Shown: positions 46,815 through 55,707 of the stretch, piece after piece
Numbering within the stretch: the first letter of the stretch is position 1
Layout of the letters: each line of letters starts with the position of its first letter
DNA from: Edaphocola sp.
GTDB taxonomy: Bacteria > Bacteroidota > Bacteroidia > Chitinophagales > Chitinophagaceae
Length of the DNA stretch: 64,000 bases
Assembly (NCBI GenBank): GCA_965229095.1
Contig: OZ245855.1
Location: 2,765,931-2,829,930 of the forward strand
Reading direction: 5' to 3'
The notes under the pieces: generated by a model
Told to the model about the DNA's origin: nothing
The model's database searches: none
Seen by the model: only the letters and a program-made list of their open reading frames with translations
Made by a program: the position numbers and the translations under genes

Positions 46815-47891
46815 TTACAATCTTTCATACAGAGCCCTGAGCCGCTCTCTCGTCATTTGTTCTTTCCAATCCTTGCCCAATGCATTTTCCCATAAAGGAG
46901 GAAGCCCGAGCGATACATCGATCATCTTATCGAAGTCGGCATCGCTCAGCCCTTTGGTAACGCCCTGGGGAATGTCAATGTTATGCAGCTTTACCATTTG
47001 CTTGAATTTCGCCACGCCTTCGGGGTAAAACTCTTCCAGCTTATCGAATACGATACAGTTGCCAATACCATGTTTGGTACCTAATAAATAGGAAAGACCA
47101 TAGCTCACGGCATGTGCCACTCCTACCTGCGAATAAGCGATGCTCATACCGCCCGCGTAAGAAGCCATCATCAGCTTTTCGTCCGATTCTTCGTTCCAGT
47201 CGGAGCGATGCAGGAATATCTCCTCGCAAAGGTCTTGCGCCTTTTCCCCGTAAGCTTTACTGAAAGCATTCAGATAAGTGCCGGTGAGGGATTCTACACA
47301 GTGAATAAAGCAATCCATGGCCGTATAGAAACGTTGGTTAACCGGCACGGTCTTTGCCAGCTCCGGATCAAGCAAGATCTGGTCGAAAGGTGTATAATCC
47401 GAATTCATGCCCAGCTTACGGACAGGGCCCGTCAGTACCGTAGTGCGGCTTACCTCGGCGCCGGTACCCGATATAGTGGGGACGGCTGCTTTGTATACCC
47501 CCGGAAACCGGACCAGGTCCCAGCCCTGGTAATCGGCCGAAGAGCCCGGGTTGGTCATCATCAGGGCAACGGCCTTGGTCATGTCCATCACACTGCCGCC
47601 GCCAATACCCACGATACCGCTTATCGTTCCGAACTCGGCCGTAAGGGCGTCGCGCAGGCTATCCACATAGGTTGTCTTGGGTTCGTGGGTAACATCGATA
47701 ATCACCACCTTATCCCTTCCTTTTACAGGCAGGCGGGACAGGAATGCAGGATCGTTCTCAAAAAAATGGTCTACAAAGAAGATGATGGGAGCATCCCCTT
47801 TGCGTTGGGGGGTCAGTATTTCATCCAGTTGGTTAAAGCAGCCACGACCGTAGACTACATAGTCTACCATTTTAAAATTCCGGAAAGCCAT
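46815..47891 (-). CDS. Iron-containing (group III) alcohol dehydrogenase family protein, possibly Kdo 8-oxidase (KdnB)-like
   Basis: 358 aa. GIGGGSVMDMTKA nucleotide-binding loop, PTISGTGAEVSRT, and metal-ligand region CFIHCVES...GVAHAVSYGL. It lies directly downstream of kdsB. Confidence 0.85.
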   Translation of the reverse strand: MAFRNFKMVDYVVYGRGCFNQLDEILTPQRKGDAPIIFFVDHFFENDPAFLSRLPVKGRDKVVIIDVTHEPKTTYVDSLRDALTAEFGTISGIVGIGGGSVMDMTKAVALMMTNPGSSADYQGWDLVRFPGVYKAAVPTISGTGAEVSRTTVLTGPVRKLGMNSDYTPFDQILLDPELAKTVPVNQRFYTAMDCFIHCVESLTGTYLNAFSKAYGEKAQDLCEEIFLHRSDWNEESDEKLMMASYAGGMSIAYSQVGVAHAVSYGLSYLLGTKHGIGNCIVFDKLEEFYPEGVAKFKQMVKLHNIDIPQGVTKGLSDADFDKMIDVSLGLPPLWENALGKDWKEQMTRERLRALYERL

Positions 47892-47893
47892 AT

Positions 47894-47949
47894 TTAGATG
47901 TTAGATATTAGATATTAGACTTTAGATATTAGAATTCAGATATTAGATA
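47894..47949. repeat. Tandem heptamer array, 8 x TTAGATA (four exact units and four single-base variants)
   Basis: ttagatg ttagata ttagata ttagact ttagata ttagaat tcagata ttagata. It fills 56 of the 79 nt between the kdsB stop (47971) and the Fe-ADH ATG (47891). Confidence 0.95.
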
Positions 47950-47970
47950 CGAGGATAAGCGCTGTAATTA

Positions 47971-48717
47971 TTACTTACCGCTGTGTTGCTGCATGTACGC
48001 CCTGGCTTTTTCCAGGTCTTCGGGCACATCGATCTCTACACCCATATAATCGGTAACTACCATCTTCATAGCAATGCCATTTTCCAGGTAACGGAGGCAT
48101 TCGATCTTTTCGGCAGCTTCCAGGGGACTTACCGGCATCTGGGTAAAATCGATCAGGGTTTGCCGGCGAAAGGCATAAATACCGATATGCTCGTAATAGG
48201 TAACCGACACCTCTTTATCCCTATGGTACGGAATCACGGAGCGGGAAAAGAACAAGGCGTTACTTTTCTTATCTATAGCTACTTTTACATAATTGGGATC
48301 TTCGATGGAATCAGGATTGTCCAGCACCTGCATCAGGGAAGCTACTTGTACTGTTGCACCTTCCTCGCCTTCAAACACTTGCAGTAGCTTTTCCAGCGGC
48401 TCTCTCCTGCTGAAAGGCTCATCACCTTGTACATTCACTACGATTTCGGCATCGGGAAAGGCATCCAGGGCTTCTGCTATCCGGTCGGTACCGCATACAT
48501 GTTCCCGACGGCTCATTACGGCCTTGCCGCCATTGTTTGTGATCTCGTTGTAAATTTCCTCACTGTCGCACACCACGGCTACTTCATCAAAAAGACCTGT
48601 CTCCACCACCGAGCGGTAGGTAGACAGGATCACGGTATGTTCACCAAGTTTTTCCATTAATTTTCCCGGGAAACGGGAAGCAGCATAACGCGCCGGTATT
48701 AAAGCTATTTTCTTCAA
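47971..48717 (-). CDS. kdsB: 3-deoxy-manno-octulosonate cytidylyltransferase (CMP-Kdo synthetase)
   Basis: KKIALIPARYAASRFPGKLM is the canonical KdsB N-terminus, with NVQGDEP, IGIYAFR and EKIECLRYLENG also present. Homologs start at this motif, so I place the start at the TTG at 48717 (248 aa) rather than the track ATG at 48813. Confidence 0.85.
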   Translation of the reverse strand: MKKIALIPARYAASRFPGKLMEKLGEHTVILSTYRSVVETGLFDEVAVVCDSEEIYNEITNNGGKAVMSRREHVCGTDRIAEALDAFPDAEIVVNVQGDEPFSRREPLEKLLQVFEGEEGATVQVASLMQVLDNPDSIEDPNYVKVAIDKKSNALFFSRSVIPYHRDKEVSVTYYEHIGIYAFRRQTLIDFTQMPVSPLEAAEKIECLRYLENGIAMKMVVTDYMGVEIDVPEDLEKARAYMQQHSGK

Positions 48718-48813
48718 GAGGGGTATTTTGAAATATCGATAAATAAACCAGGCCGCTTGGAGCGGCCCAGTTCCGATCGCAAAGGTCGGAAATTTTGTAT
48801 TGACCGGAGGCAA

Positions 48814-50973
48814 TTACTTCACCAGTTTCATCTCATTGAGCAACCATCCTGCATGGCCATACTTTTCGATCAGGAATAAGGCGTAACGGATATCCAAACT
48901 TACATTGCGGCATACGGTGGGATCGTAATGCAGGTCGCTCATAGTTCCCTGCCATATACGGTCGAAATTGATACCGATCAGCTCACCTTTGGCATTCAGT
49001 ACCGGACTTCCGGAATTACCGCCGCTGGTATGGTTGCTGGCAATAAAGTTGACCGGCACCGTACCGGCTACAGCCCACTTGCCATAGTTTTTGCTCATAT
49101 ACAGGTTACGCAGCCCCTGCGGGATATTGAATTCCTCCACGGAAGCGTTGTGGCGGGGCATCAGGTCCTCCAGGGTAGTCTGGAAGCTGTTGCTGTTGGG
49201 CAAGGCCACTCTTTCTACGGTGCCGTAAGTAAGTCTCAAGGTCTGGTTGGCATCGGGATAAAAGTCCCTTCCGCTGTTCAGGTATTCCATCTGGCGCTTC
49301 ATGTACAACCGGTTCAGAGGGCTGATCCGTTCATTGTACCTGGCCAGTACCGGTGTTATCTTCTCCTGCCGGAAGGTAGTTACCGCATCATATATCTGGT
49401 AGGCCGGGTCTTGTTTGATCAGGGAAGAATCGCTGCGCTGGCCACGATCCAGCAGCGCTGCCAGTTTGTCCTGCTGTACCAGCAAGCTGTTGCTGAACAC
49501 GTTTTTACCCCAGGAATTTACATTGTTTCCCGAATTATACAGGAGCGATTTCATCTTAGGCGCTACTACCTGATCGCCCTGCTGCATGTACAAAGGCATC
49601 AGCACATCAAATACTTTATGGTCTGTTGCTACATCGTAATTTTTATAAAAGCCATTGGCTTCTGTCCTGATCTTCTGTAAAGAATCCGCAAGCACTTCAC
49701 CCGTGGCCGAAGAACGATAAAGGTTCATTACCCGGGCCAGGAGGGCCGATTGCTGTATAGCCTCTACCCCCAATACGGTTTCCCGGGTATATTCCGATGC
49801 GATCTGCGCATTATCGCTGCCGCTTACGATGGCCTGGATCCGGGGCAATAACATTTTATCTTCGGGAGCATTCGTATTGGCTGTGGCTATTTCCTGGAAC
49901 TTCCTTTCGTACCGTTGTTTTTTACCCAACACATCATTGTTTGCCAGCCCCAGTATTTCCCCCTGCCATTTTTTAAACCCATTGCTCAGGGAGTATTGCT
50001 TGGCCGAATATTTCAGGAAAATGCCGGGATTGTTGCGCATCGCCTCGTCCAATACTGCCAGGCGCTTTTCGCGGGCTTCGATGCGGATGGGGTCCGTGAT
50101 GTACTGGATCTGGTTCAACTGGTAGGAGCTCAGGTACTCCTGCGTTTGTGCAGGAAAGCCGTACACCATGGTAAAATCGCCTTCTTTATAACCCGATGTA
50201 TTAATGGGGAAAAAGCTCTTGGTCTTATAAGGCGTATTGGTTACGCTGTAAGCCGCCGGCTTATTGTCTTTACCGGCATATACACGGAATATGGAAAAAT
50301 CGGCTGTAGTGCGGGGCCACATCCAGTTGTCGGTATCGGCGCCGAATTTACCGATACCATTCGGTGGGAAGGCCACCAGGCGCACATCCGTAAAGGTTTC
50401 GTGCAGGCTTGCCCAATATTGGTTACCATTATAATAGGGCTTTATTTCGGCATCCAGACCGCTCAGGTTTTTATAAGCCTTTACCAGTTCCGATATCCGG
50501 GCACTAATGGCGGTGTTGCGTGCCTGCTCCGGCATACTGTCTGTAATGCCCTTCAATATATAATCGGTCACATTTTCTGTCTTCCGTACAAATGTAACGG
50601 TAAGCCCGGGGCAAGGCAGTTCCGCTTCGCGGCTGGCAGCCCAGAAACCATTCACCAGGTAATTGTTTGTTTCCGTACTCAAAGCCTGTACTGTACCATA
50701 AGCGCAATGGTGGTTGGTAAACAGGAGGCCGCTGCCTGATACGATCTCGCCGGTACAACCCTTACCAAAAAGTACGACTGCATTATTCAAACCGGTGCCG
50801 CTATCATTGTATAAGCGCTCCACCGGTATCTTCAAACCCAACTTCTGCATGTCCGATTCCTGTCTTTTTAACTGCGACGGCTGCCACATTCCATCCTTTG
50901 CATGGACGGTAGCTGTAGTCAGCCCCACAGCGGCAATCATTAAAACAACCTTTTGGTGTTTGCGTTTCATCAT
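48814..50973 (-). CDS. S46-family dipeptidyl-peptidase (DPP7/DPP11-like)
   Basis: KDGMWQPSQL, catalytic His region GSGLLFTNHHCAYG and Ser region SGGNSGSPVLNAKGELIGINFDR. The signal peptide begins at ATGATG 50973/50970. The track start at 51015 is a TTG inside a GATTTTTG -7-like box. Confidence 0.9.
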   Translation of the reverse strand: MMKRKHQKVVLMIAAVGLTTATVHAKDGMWQPSQLKRQESDMQKLGLKIPVERLYNDSGTGLNNAVVLFGKGCTGEIVSGSGLLFTNHHCAYGTVQALSTETNNYLVNGFWAASREAELPCPGLTVTFVRKTENVTDYILKGITDSMPEQARNTAISARISELVKAYKNLSGLDAEIKPYYNGNQYWASLHETFTDVRLVAFPPNGIGKFGADTDNWMWPRTTADFSIFRVYAGKDNKPAAYSVTNTPYKTKSFFPINTSGYKEGDFTMVYGFPAQTQEYLSSYQLNQIQYITDPIRIEAREKRLAVLDEAMRNNPGIFLKYSAKQYSLSNGFKKWQGEILGLANNDVLGKKQRYERKFQEIATANTNAPEDKMLLPRIQAIVSGSDNAQIASEYTRETVLGVEAIQQSALLARVMNLYRSSATGEVLADSLQKIRTEANGFYKNYDVATDHKVFDVLMPLYMQQGDQVVAPKMKSLLYNSGNNVNSWGKNVFSNSLLVQQDKLAALLDRGQRSDSSLIKQDPAYQIYDAVTTFRQEKITPVLARYNERISPLNRLYMKRQMEYLNSGRDFYPDANQTLRLTYGTVERVALPNSNSFQTTLEDLMPRHNASVEEFNIPQGLRNLYMSKNYGKWAVAGTVPVNFIASNHTSGGNSGSPVLNAKGELIGINFDRIWQGTMSDLHYDPTVCRNVSLDIRYALFLIEKYGHAGWLLNEMKLVK

Positions 50974-51126
50974 GGTTCCTAATATTTTGGAAATAAAATT
51001 AATAATTGTTTGCAAAAATCTCCAATAAACTTATTACATTAGCCAAACTTTTCGTGAAACGTGCCCTGTGCTGTGATCGTACGTGTTTTTTAGTTGTTCT
51101 ATTATTCTGATTTCATAAACTCAAGT

Positions 51127-53145
51127 ATGAGCAAAAGATTACTATTACTTGCTTCGTCGTTATTATCTTTATTGATTCCTGCGGGGAAAGCGTTTTCTCA
51201 AACCGACCCTAACCTGTTCAAGTTACCGGATACTGTTTGTAACGGACATGAGATAGTACCCTTTAATATTATTCAGACTGCAAGTAATTATTTCTGGACA
51301 TTTTGCCCACCCAATCTTGGTTCAACACCCAGCGGCAACAACATAGGCCCTGTTGTATCGATCAACAACACTACGGGCTATATCGTAGCCGAAGACGACA
51401 GTTTCAACTATACTTTTAATACCAATGCTGCGGGTAGCGTAGTCCGCATGAAATACGCCAACGGACTTGCCGGTACCCCTTCCATGATCACCGGCATTGG
51501 CGCACTACCTAATCCCGGCGGCCTGTATCTTGCCAATAACGGCAGGTGGCACCTCTTCGTAGTGGCCGGCACCGACAGCAGCAACTCTAAGCTGGTACGT
51601 TACGATTTTAATGAGCATGGCCTCAAATCCATGCCGGTTGAAGTGAATGTAGGCAACCTCAACGGTGGCCTCAACGGACCTAAAAACCTGTATATCGTAA
51701 AAGAAGACAATAACTGGTACGGGTTCACTTTTACCCGTAAAGACGAATTGCTCCGCCTGTCTTTCGGTGCCGACTTAACCAGCACGCCCACCCTCGAAAA
51801 CCTGGGCAATATAGACGGCCACTTCTCCAATGTAACAGCGATCACCGGTATTGTAGAGCTGGACAACTGGCATCTTTTTATTACCAACAGGAACACCAAC
51901 TCTGTAAACCGCATCTCTTTCGGTAACAACCTGACCAATACGCCATTTGTGGTGGACCTGGGCAACCTGGGCAACAGGATCAATGCTCCGGTAGGTATTG
52001 CCGTAACCAAAGACTGTAATTCTTACTATGGCTTTGTGCTCAACTACGGGACAGGAAGCTTTGTAACCATGAAATGGGATGATGAATCTATCGCCAACCC
52101 ACCTACTGCTACCAACCACGGTAACGTTGCCGGCTATGTGCAAGCCCGTAATATGACCGGTGTAGCCAGGGATAACGGCGCTTTGTACCTGCTGTCGACC
52201 AACCAGGACAATTCCATCAGTAAAACATTCTTCAACTCCTGTACCAATGCTACTCCAGCTTATTCCGACCTCAGGCTGCCACCATCATTCAAGATCGACG
52301 AGCCCGGTATCTATACCGTGTTCCTGACCATTGACGAGGGTCTGCCTACGGTACGCACGGACTGTGAGCAGGTAGTGGTTTACGATCACCCGCCATTGAC
52401 GGTATCCAACGATACCTTGCTTTGCCAGGGAGATACCATCCGCTTATCAGCTCTCTCTTTCGGCGCTGACAGCTTTAAATGGGCTCCTGATTACCATATC
52501 AGCACTACTACCGGACAGTTTGTAGATATAAATCCTGATATAACCACAGAGTATTCCGTAACTACTTATTATAAGTACAACTGTATTGTAAAGACACCCG
52601 TTCTGGTAACCGTAAGTAAAATCGTTGCCGATGCCGGCCCTGACCGTATCCTGGCCGATGGTTCCTCCACGATCGTAGGTGGCCCCGGTACTACTCTAGG
52701 AACGCAGTACACTTATGAATGGACGCCGGATATAGGCTTTATCGGGCCGAGAAATGTCCCGGTAACCAATGCAAGGCCCCCTTATGATATTACCTATTAC
52801 CTGAACATCACCAATACCGATGGCTGCAAAGCGATAGATACCGTACAGATCACCATGCCTTGTGACGATATACACCTGCCCAATGCCTTTAAGCCGGCAA
52901 GCGTTTATGGTACCACGGGAAGGTTCGGTCTGCTGAACCAGCAATTCGTAAAGATCAACTACTTCAAAATATATGACCGTTGGGGTAAAGAAGTATTTAC
53001 GACTACCGATCCGCAGGGCAAATGGGATGGCAATGTAGATGGCAAGGAAGCACCATTGGGTGTATATGTATGGGAGGTAGACGCCAACTGTGCCAATACG
53101 CAGCAACGGTACAGGCGATCGGGAACGGTAACCTTGATACGATGA
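51127..53145 (+). CDS. T9SS type B sorting domain protein
   Basis: Signal peptide MSKRLLLLASSLLSLLIPAGKAFSQ. C-terminus HLPNAFKP...YFKIYDRWGKEVFTTTDPQGKWDGNVDGKEAPLGVYVWEV...SGTVTLIR. Confidence 0.85.
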   Translation: MSKRLLLLASSLLSLLIPAGKAFSQTDPNLFKLPDTVCNGHEIVPFNIIQTASNYFWTFCPPNLGSTPSGNNIGPVVSINNTTGYIVAEDDSFNYTFNTNAAGSVVRMKYANGLAGTPSMITGIGALPNPGGLYLANNGRWHLFVVAGTDSSNSKLVRYDFNEHGLKSMPVEVNVGNLNGGLNGPKNLYIVKEDNNWYGFTFTRKDELLRLSFGADLTSTPTLENLGNIDGHFSNVTAITGIVELDNWHLFITNRNTNSVNRISFGNNLTNTPFVVDLGNLGNRINAPVGIAVTKDCNSYYGFVLNYGTGSFVTMKWDDESIANPPTATNHGNVAGYVQARNMTGVARDNGALYLLSTNQDNSISKTFFNSCTNATPAYSDLRLPPSFKIDEPGIYTVFLTIDEGLPTVRTDCEQVVVYDHPPLTVSNDTLLCQGDTIRLSALSFGADSFKWAPDYHISTTTGQFVDINPDITTEYSVTTYYKYNCIVKTPVLVTVSKIVADAGPDRILADGSSTIVGGPGTTLGTQYTYEWTPDIGFIGPRNVPVTNARPPYDITYYLNITNTDGCKAIDTVQITMPCDDIHLPNAFKPASVYGTTGRFGLLNQQFVKINYFKIYDRWGKEVFTTTDPQGKWDGNVDGKEAPLGVYVWEVDANCANTQQRYRRSGTVTLIR

Positions 53146-53172
53146 CGATCTGAAACAATGTATATATTCCTC

Positions 53173-53201
53173 AAACCCCGGATGCAAAACATCCGGGGTT
53201 T
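53173..53201 (+). terminator. Rho-independent terminator
   Basis: aaaccccggatg caaaa catccggggttt is followed by ATTTTTG, 28 nt after the stop at 53145. Confidence 0.75.
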
Positions 53202-53357
53202 ATTTTTGATTGCCGTTGTGGCCGGCCTCGTGACACTTGTGTTTTTATGCCATAATATAAATAGTCGTCACTGCCGGATCGGGGTAAAATGTCTTTACGG
53301 CGCTGCTTCCTTTTTGCCCTTTCCAAAATCTTTCCTTTATGCTTAACTTCGTTATCT

Positions 53358-55388
53358 ATGTTTCAGATAGAACGACCATACCAACCGGCTGGAGACCAGC
53401 CCAACGCTATAAAAGAGTTAAGTGAAGGCATTTTAGCAGGAGAACAGTTCCAGACTTTGCTGGGGGTAACCGGCTCCGGTAAGACCTTCACGATGGCCAA
53501 TATTGTACAGGAGGTACAAAAGCCCACCCTTGTACTCACCCATAACAAAACCCTGGTAGCACAACTCTACGGCGAGTTCCGGCAGTTTTTCCCAAATAAC
53601 GCCGTAGAATATTTCGTATCCTACTACGATTATTACCAACCGGAAGCCTATATGCCGGTGAGCGATACTTATATCGAAAAGGACCTGGCCATTAATGAAG
53701 AGCTGGAAAAGCTGAGGCTGCGCACAACGACCAATTTGCTGAGCGGCCGCAGGGATATACTGGTTGTGGCTTCCGTAAGCTGTATTTATGGTATGGGTAA
53801 CCCTACCGAATATGAAAACGGGATCATCCGGATCAATACAGGCGATAAAATACCCCGGAATGCCTTCCTGCACAGTCTTGTCAACTCCCTGTACAACCGC
53901 AGCCAGGGCGACTTTACAAGAGGCACCTTCCGGGTAAAGGGAGATACGGTAGATGTGAACCTGCCCTATGTGGACTATGGTTACCGCATTACCTTCTTCG
54001 GCGATGAGATCGAAGAGATCGAAAGTTTCGAGATCGAAAGCGGCAAGCGGATCGGCAAAATGCCTAACGCAGCTATCTTCCCCGCCAATATGTATATGGC
54101 ACCCAAAGACCAGATGGCCCAGATCGTACACGAGATACAGGACGAGGTAAACGCCCAGGTCGAATATTTCAAAAGTATAGGCAAGCATATCGAAGCCCAG
54201 CGCATTAAAGAAAGGGTGAACTATGACCTGGAAATGATCCAGGAGCTGGGTTATTGCAGTGGTATCGAAAACTACTCCCGCTTCCTGGACCGCCGCAAGC
54301 CCGGAACCCGGCCTTTCTGCCTGATCGATTATTTCCCCAAAGACTTCCTCTTGTTCATAGACGAAAGCCACGTTACCATTCCACAGATCAGCGGCATGTA
54401 TGGCGGCGACCGTTCCCGAAAGCTTAACCTGGTAGATTTCGGCTTCCGTTTACCTTCGGCACTGGACAACCGGCCGCTGAATTTTTACGAATTCGAGACG
54501 ATGGTCAACCAGGCTGTTTTTGTAAGTGCGACCCCTGCCGCATACGAGCTGGACCATTCCGAAGGCATCGTAGTAGAGCAGGTAGTACGCCCTACCGGCC
54601 TGCTCGATCCCCCTATAGAAATAAGACCTTCCATCAACCAGATCGACGACCTGCTGGATGAGATCGATAAGCGTGTCAAAAAAGGCGACCGCGTATTGGT
54701 CACCACCCTCACCAAAAGAATGGCAGAGGAGCTGGATAAATACCTGCAAAGGATCAATGTCAATTCGCGTTATATCCACTCCGAAGTGGACACGCTTGAA
54801 CGGGTGGAAATATTACGTAACCTGCGGCTTGGCAATATAGATGTATTGGTTGGGGTAAACCTGTTGCGGGAAGGCCTCGATCTGCCCGAAGTTTCTTTGA
54901 TGGCCATATTGGATGCCGATAAAGAAGGCTTCCTGAGAGATGAACGTTCCCTGACCCAGATGGCAGGCAGGGCGGCGCGTAACGTGGATGGCCTGGTGAT
55001 CTTTTATGCCGATAAAATAACGGAAAGCATGCAGCGTACTATGGATGAAACAAGCAGGAGACGTGATAAGCAGATCGCTTATAACGAAGCGCATGGGATT
55101 GTTCCTACGACAGTACGCAAATCGGTAGAGCAGATCATGAAGCAAACTTCGGTGCTGGACATTAAAGGCTATGATGAGACCAGTCCTTATGCTACATCAG
55201 AAGAGGCTCCGGCACTTATTGCTGCAGAAGACGAGGTGGCGTACCTGAGTAAGCCCGAACTGGAAAAGGTGATCGTCAAAACCAAAAAGGCGATGGAAAA
55301 AGCGGCAAAGGATATGGACTTTATGGAAGCGGCAAGGCTCAGGGACCAGATGTTCGGTTACCAGAAAATGCTGGAAGAACTCAAATAA
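53358..55388 (+). CDS. uvrB: Excinuclease ABC subunit B
   Basis: FQIERPYQPAGDQPNAIKEL, Walker A GVTGSGKTFTMA, DESHVT, the helicase motifs and the C-terminal UVR domain (FMEAARLRDQM). The start is at the ATG at 53358. Confidence 0.97.
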   Translation: MFQIERPYQPAGDQPNAIKELSEGILAGEQFQTLLGVTGSGKTFTMANIVQEVQKPTLVLTHNKTLVAQLYGEFRQFFPNNAVEYFVSYYDYYQPEAYMPVSDTYIEKDLAINEELEKLRLRTTTNLLSGRRDILVVASVSCIYGMGNPTEYENGIIRINTGDKIPRNAFLHSLVNSLYNRSQGDFTRGTFRVKGDTVDVNLPYVDYGYRITFFGDEIEEIESFEIESGKRIGKMPNAAIFPANMYMAPKDQMAQIVHEIQDEVNAQVEYFKSIGKHIEAQRIKERVNYDLEMIQELGYCSGIENYSRFLDRRKPGTRPFCLIDYFPKDFLLFIDESHVTIPQISGMYGGDRSRKLNLVDFGFRLPSALDNRPLNFYEFETMVNQAVFVSATPAAYELDHSEGIVVEQVVRPTGLLDPPIEIRPSINQIDDLLDEIDKRVKKGDRVLVTTLTKRMAEELDKYLQRINVNSRYIHSEVDTLERVEILRNLRLGNIDVLVGVNLLREGLDLPEVSLMAILDADKEGFLRDERSLTQMAGRAARNVDGLVIFYADKITESMQRTMDETSRRRDKQIAYNEAHGIVPTTVRKSVEQIMKQTSVLDIKGYDETSPYATSEEAPALIAAEDEVAYLSKPELEKVIVKTKKAMEKAAKDMDFMEAARLRDQMFGYQKMLEELK

Positions 55389-55407
55389 CCCACCGGATCT
55401 AATAAGT

Positions 55408-55442
55408 AAAAAGGTGCCCCAGCTAACTTGGGGCACCTTTTT
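55408..55442 (+). terminator. Rho-independent terminator of uvrB
   Basis: aaaaaggtgcccca gctaact tggggcaccttttt is a 14-bp perfect stem plus a T-run. Confidence 0.8.
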
Positions 55443-55707
55443 CATTTTGTTGTGATCATCATCCTTTCTTTCAAGCATCTCCTGGCTGATAAACATTTCC
55501 TGGCTTAACTTTTCATGGTAGTACTATTCTTCTTTTTGTTGGATTCATTATTGCTTATACATTCTTGTAGGTCTTTGAATCATCTTTTGGCCTTACTCAC
55601 GGAAGGAAACTTACTTGCGGTTGTTTCGGATCACATGATAAAGACAAACATTCCTTTCAAAAACCCTTACCGGCAACTCGTATATTTTTTATCCAACTAC
55701 AAGGTAC

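Noticed and set aside
47112-47897. 261-aa + ORF opposite the Fe-ADH gene, plus 48928..49680 and 49915..50739 opposite the S46 peptidase
   Set aside because: They are antisense shadows of genes with clear catalytic motifs.
47894-47949. Possible CRISPR or other spaced-repeat array
   Set aside because: The units are contiguous 7-mers with no spacers, and no cas genes are present. It is a simple tandem repeat.
53433-54371. 312-aa minus-strand ORF inside uvrB
   Set aside because: It is antisense to an unambiguous uvrB reading frame and has no recognisable motifs.
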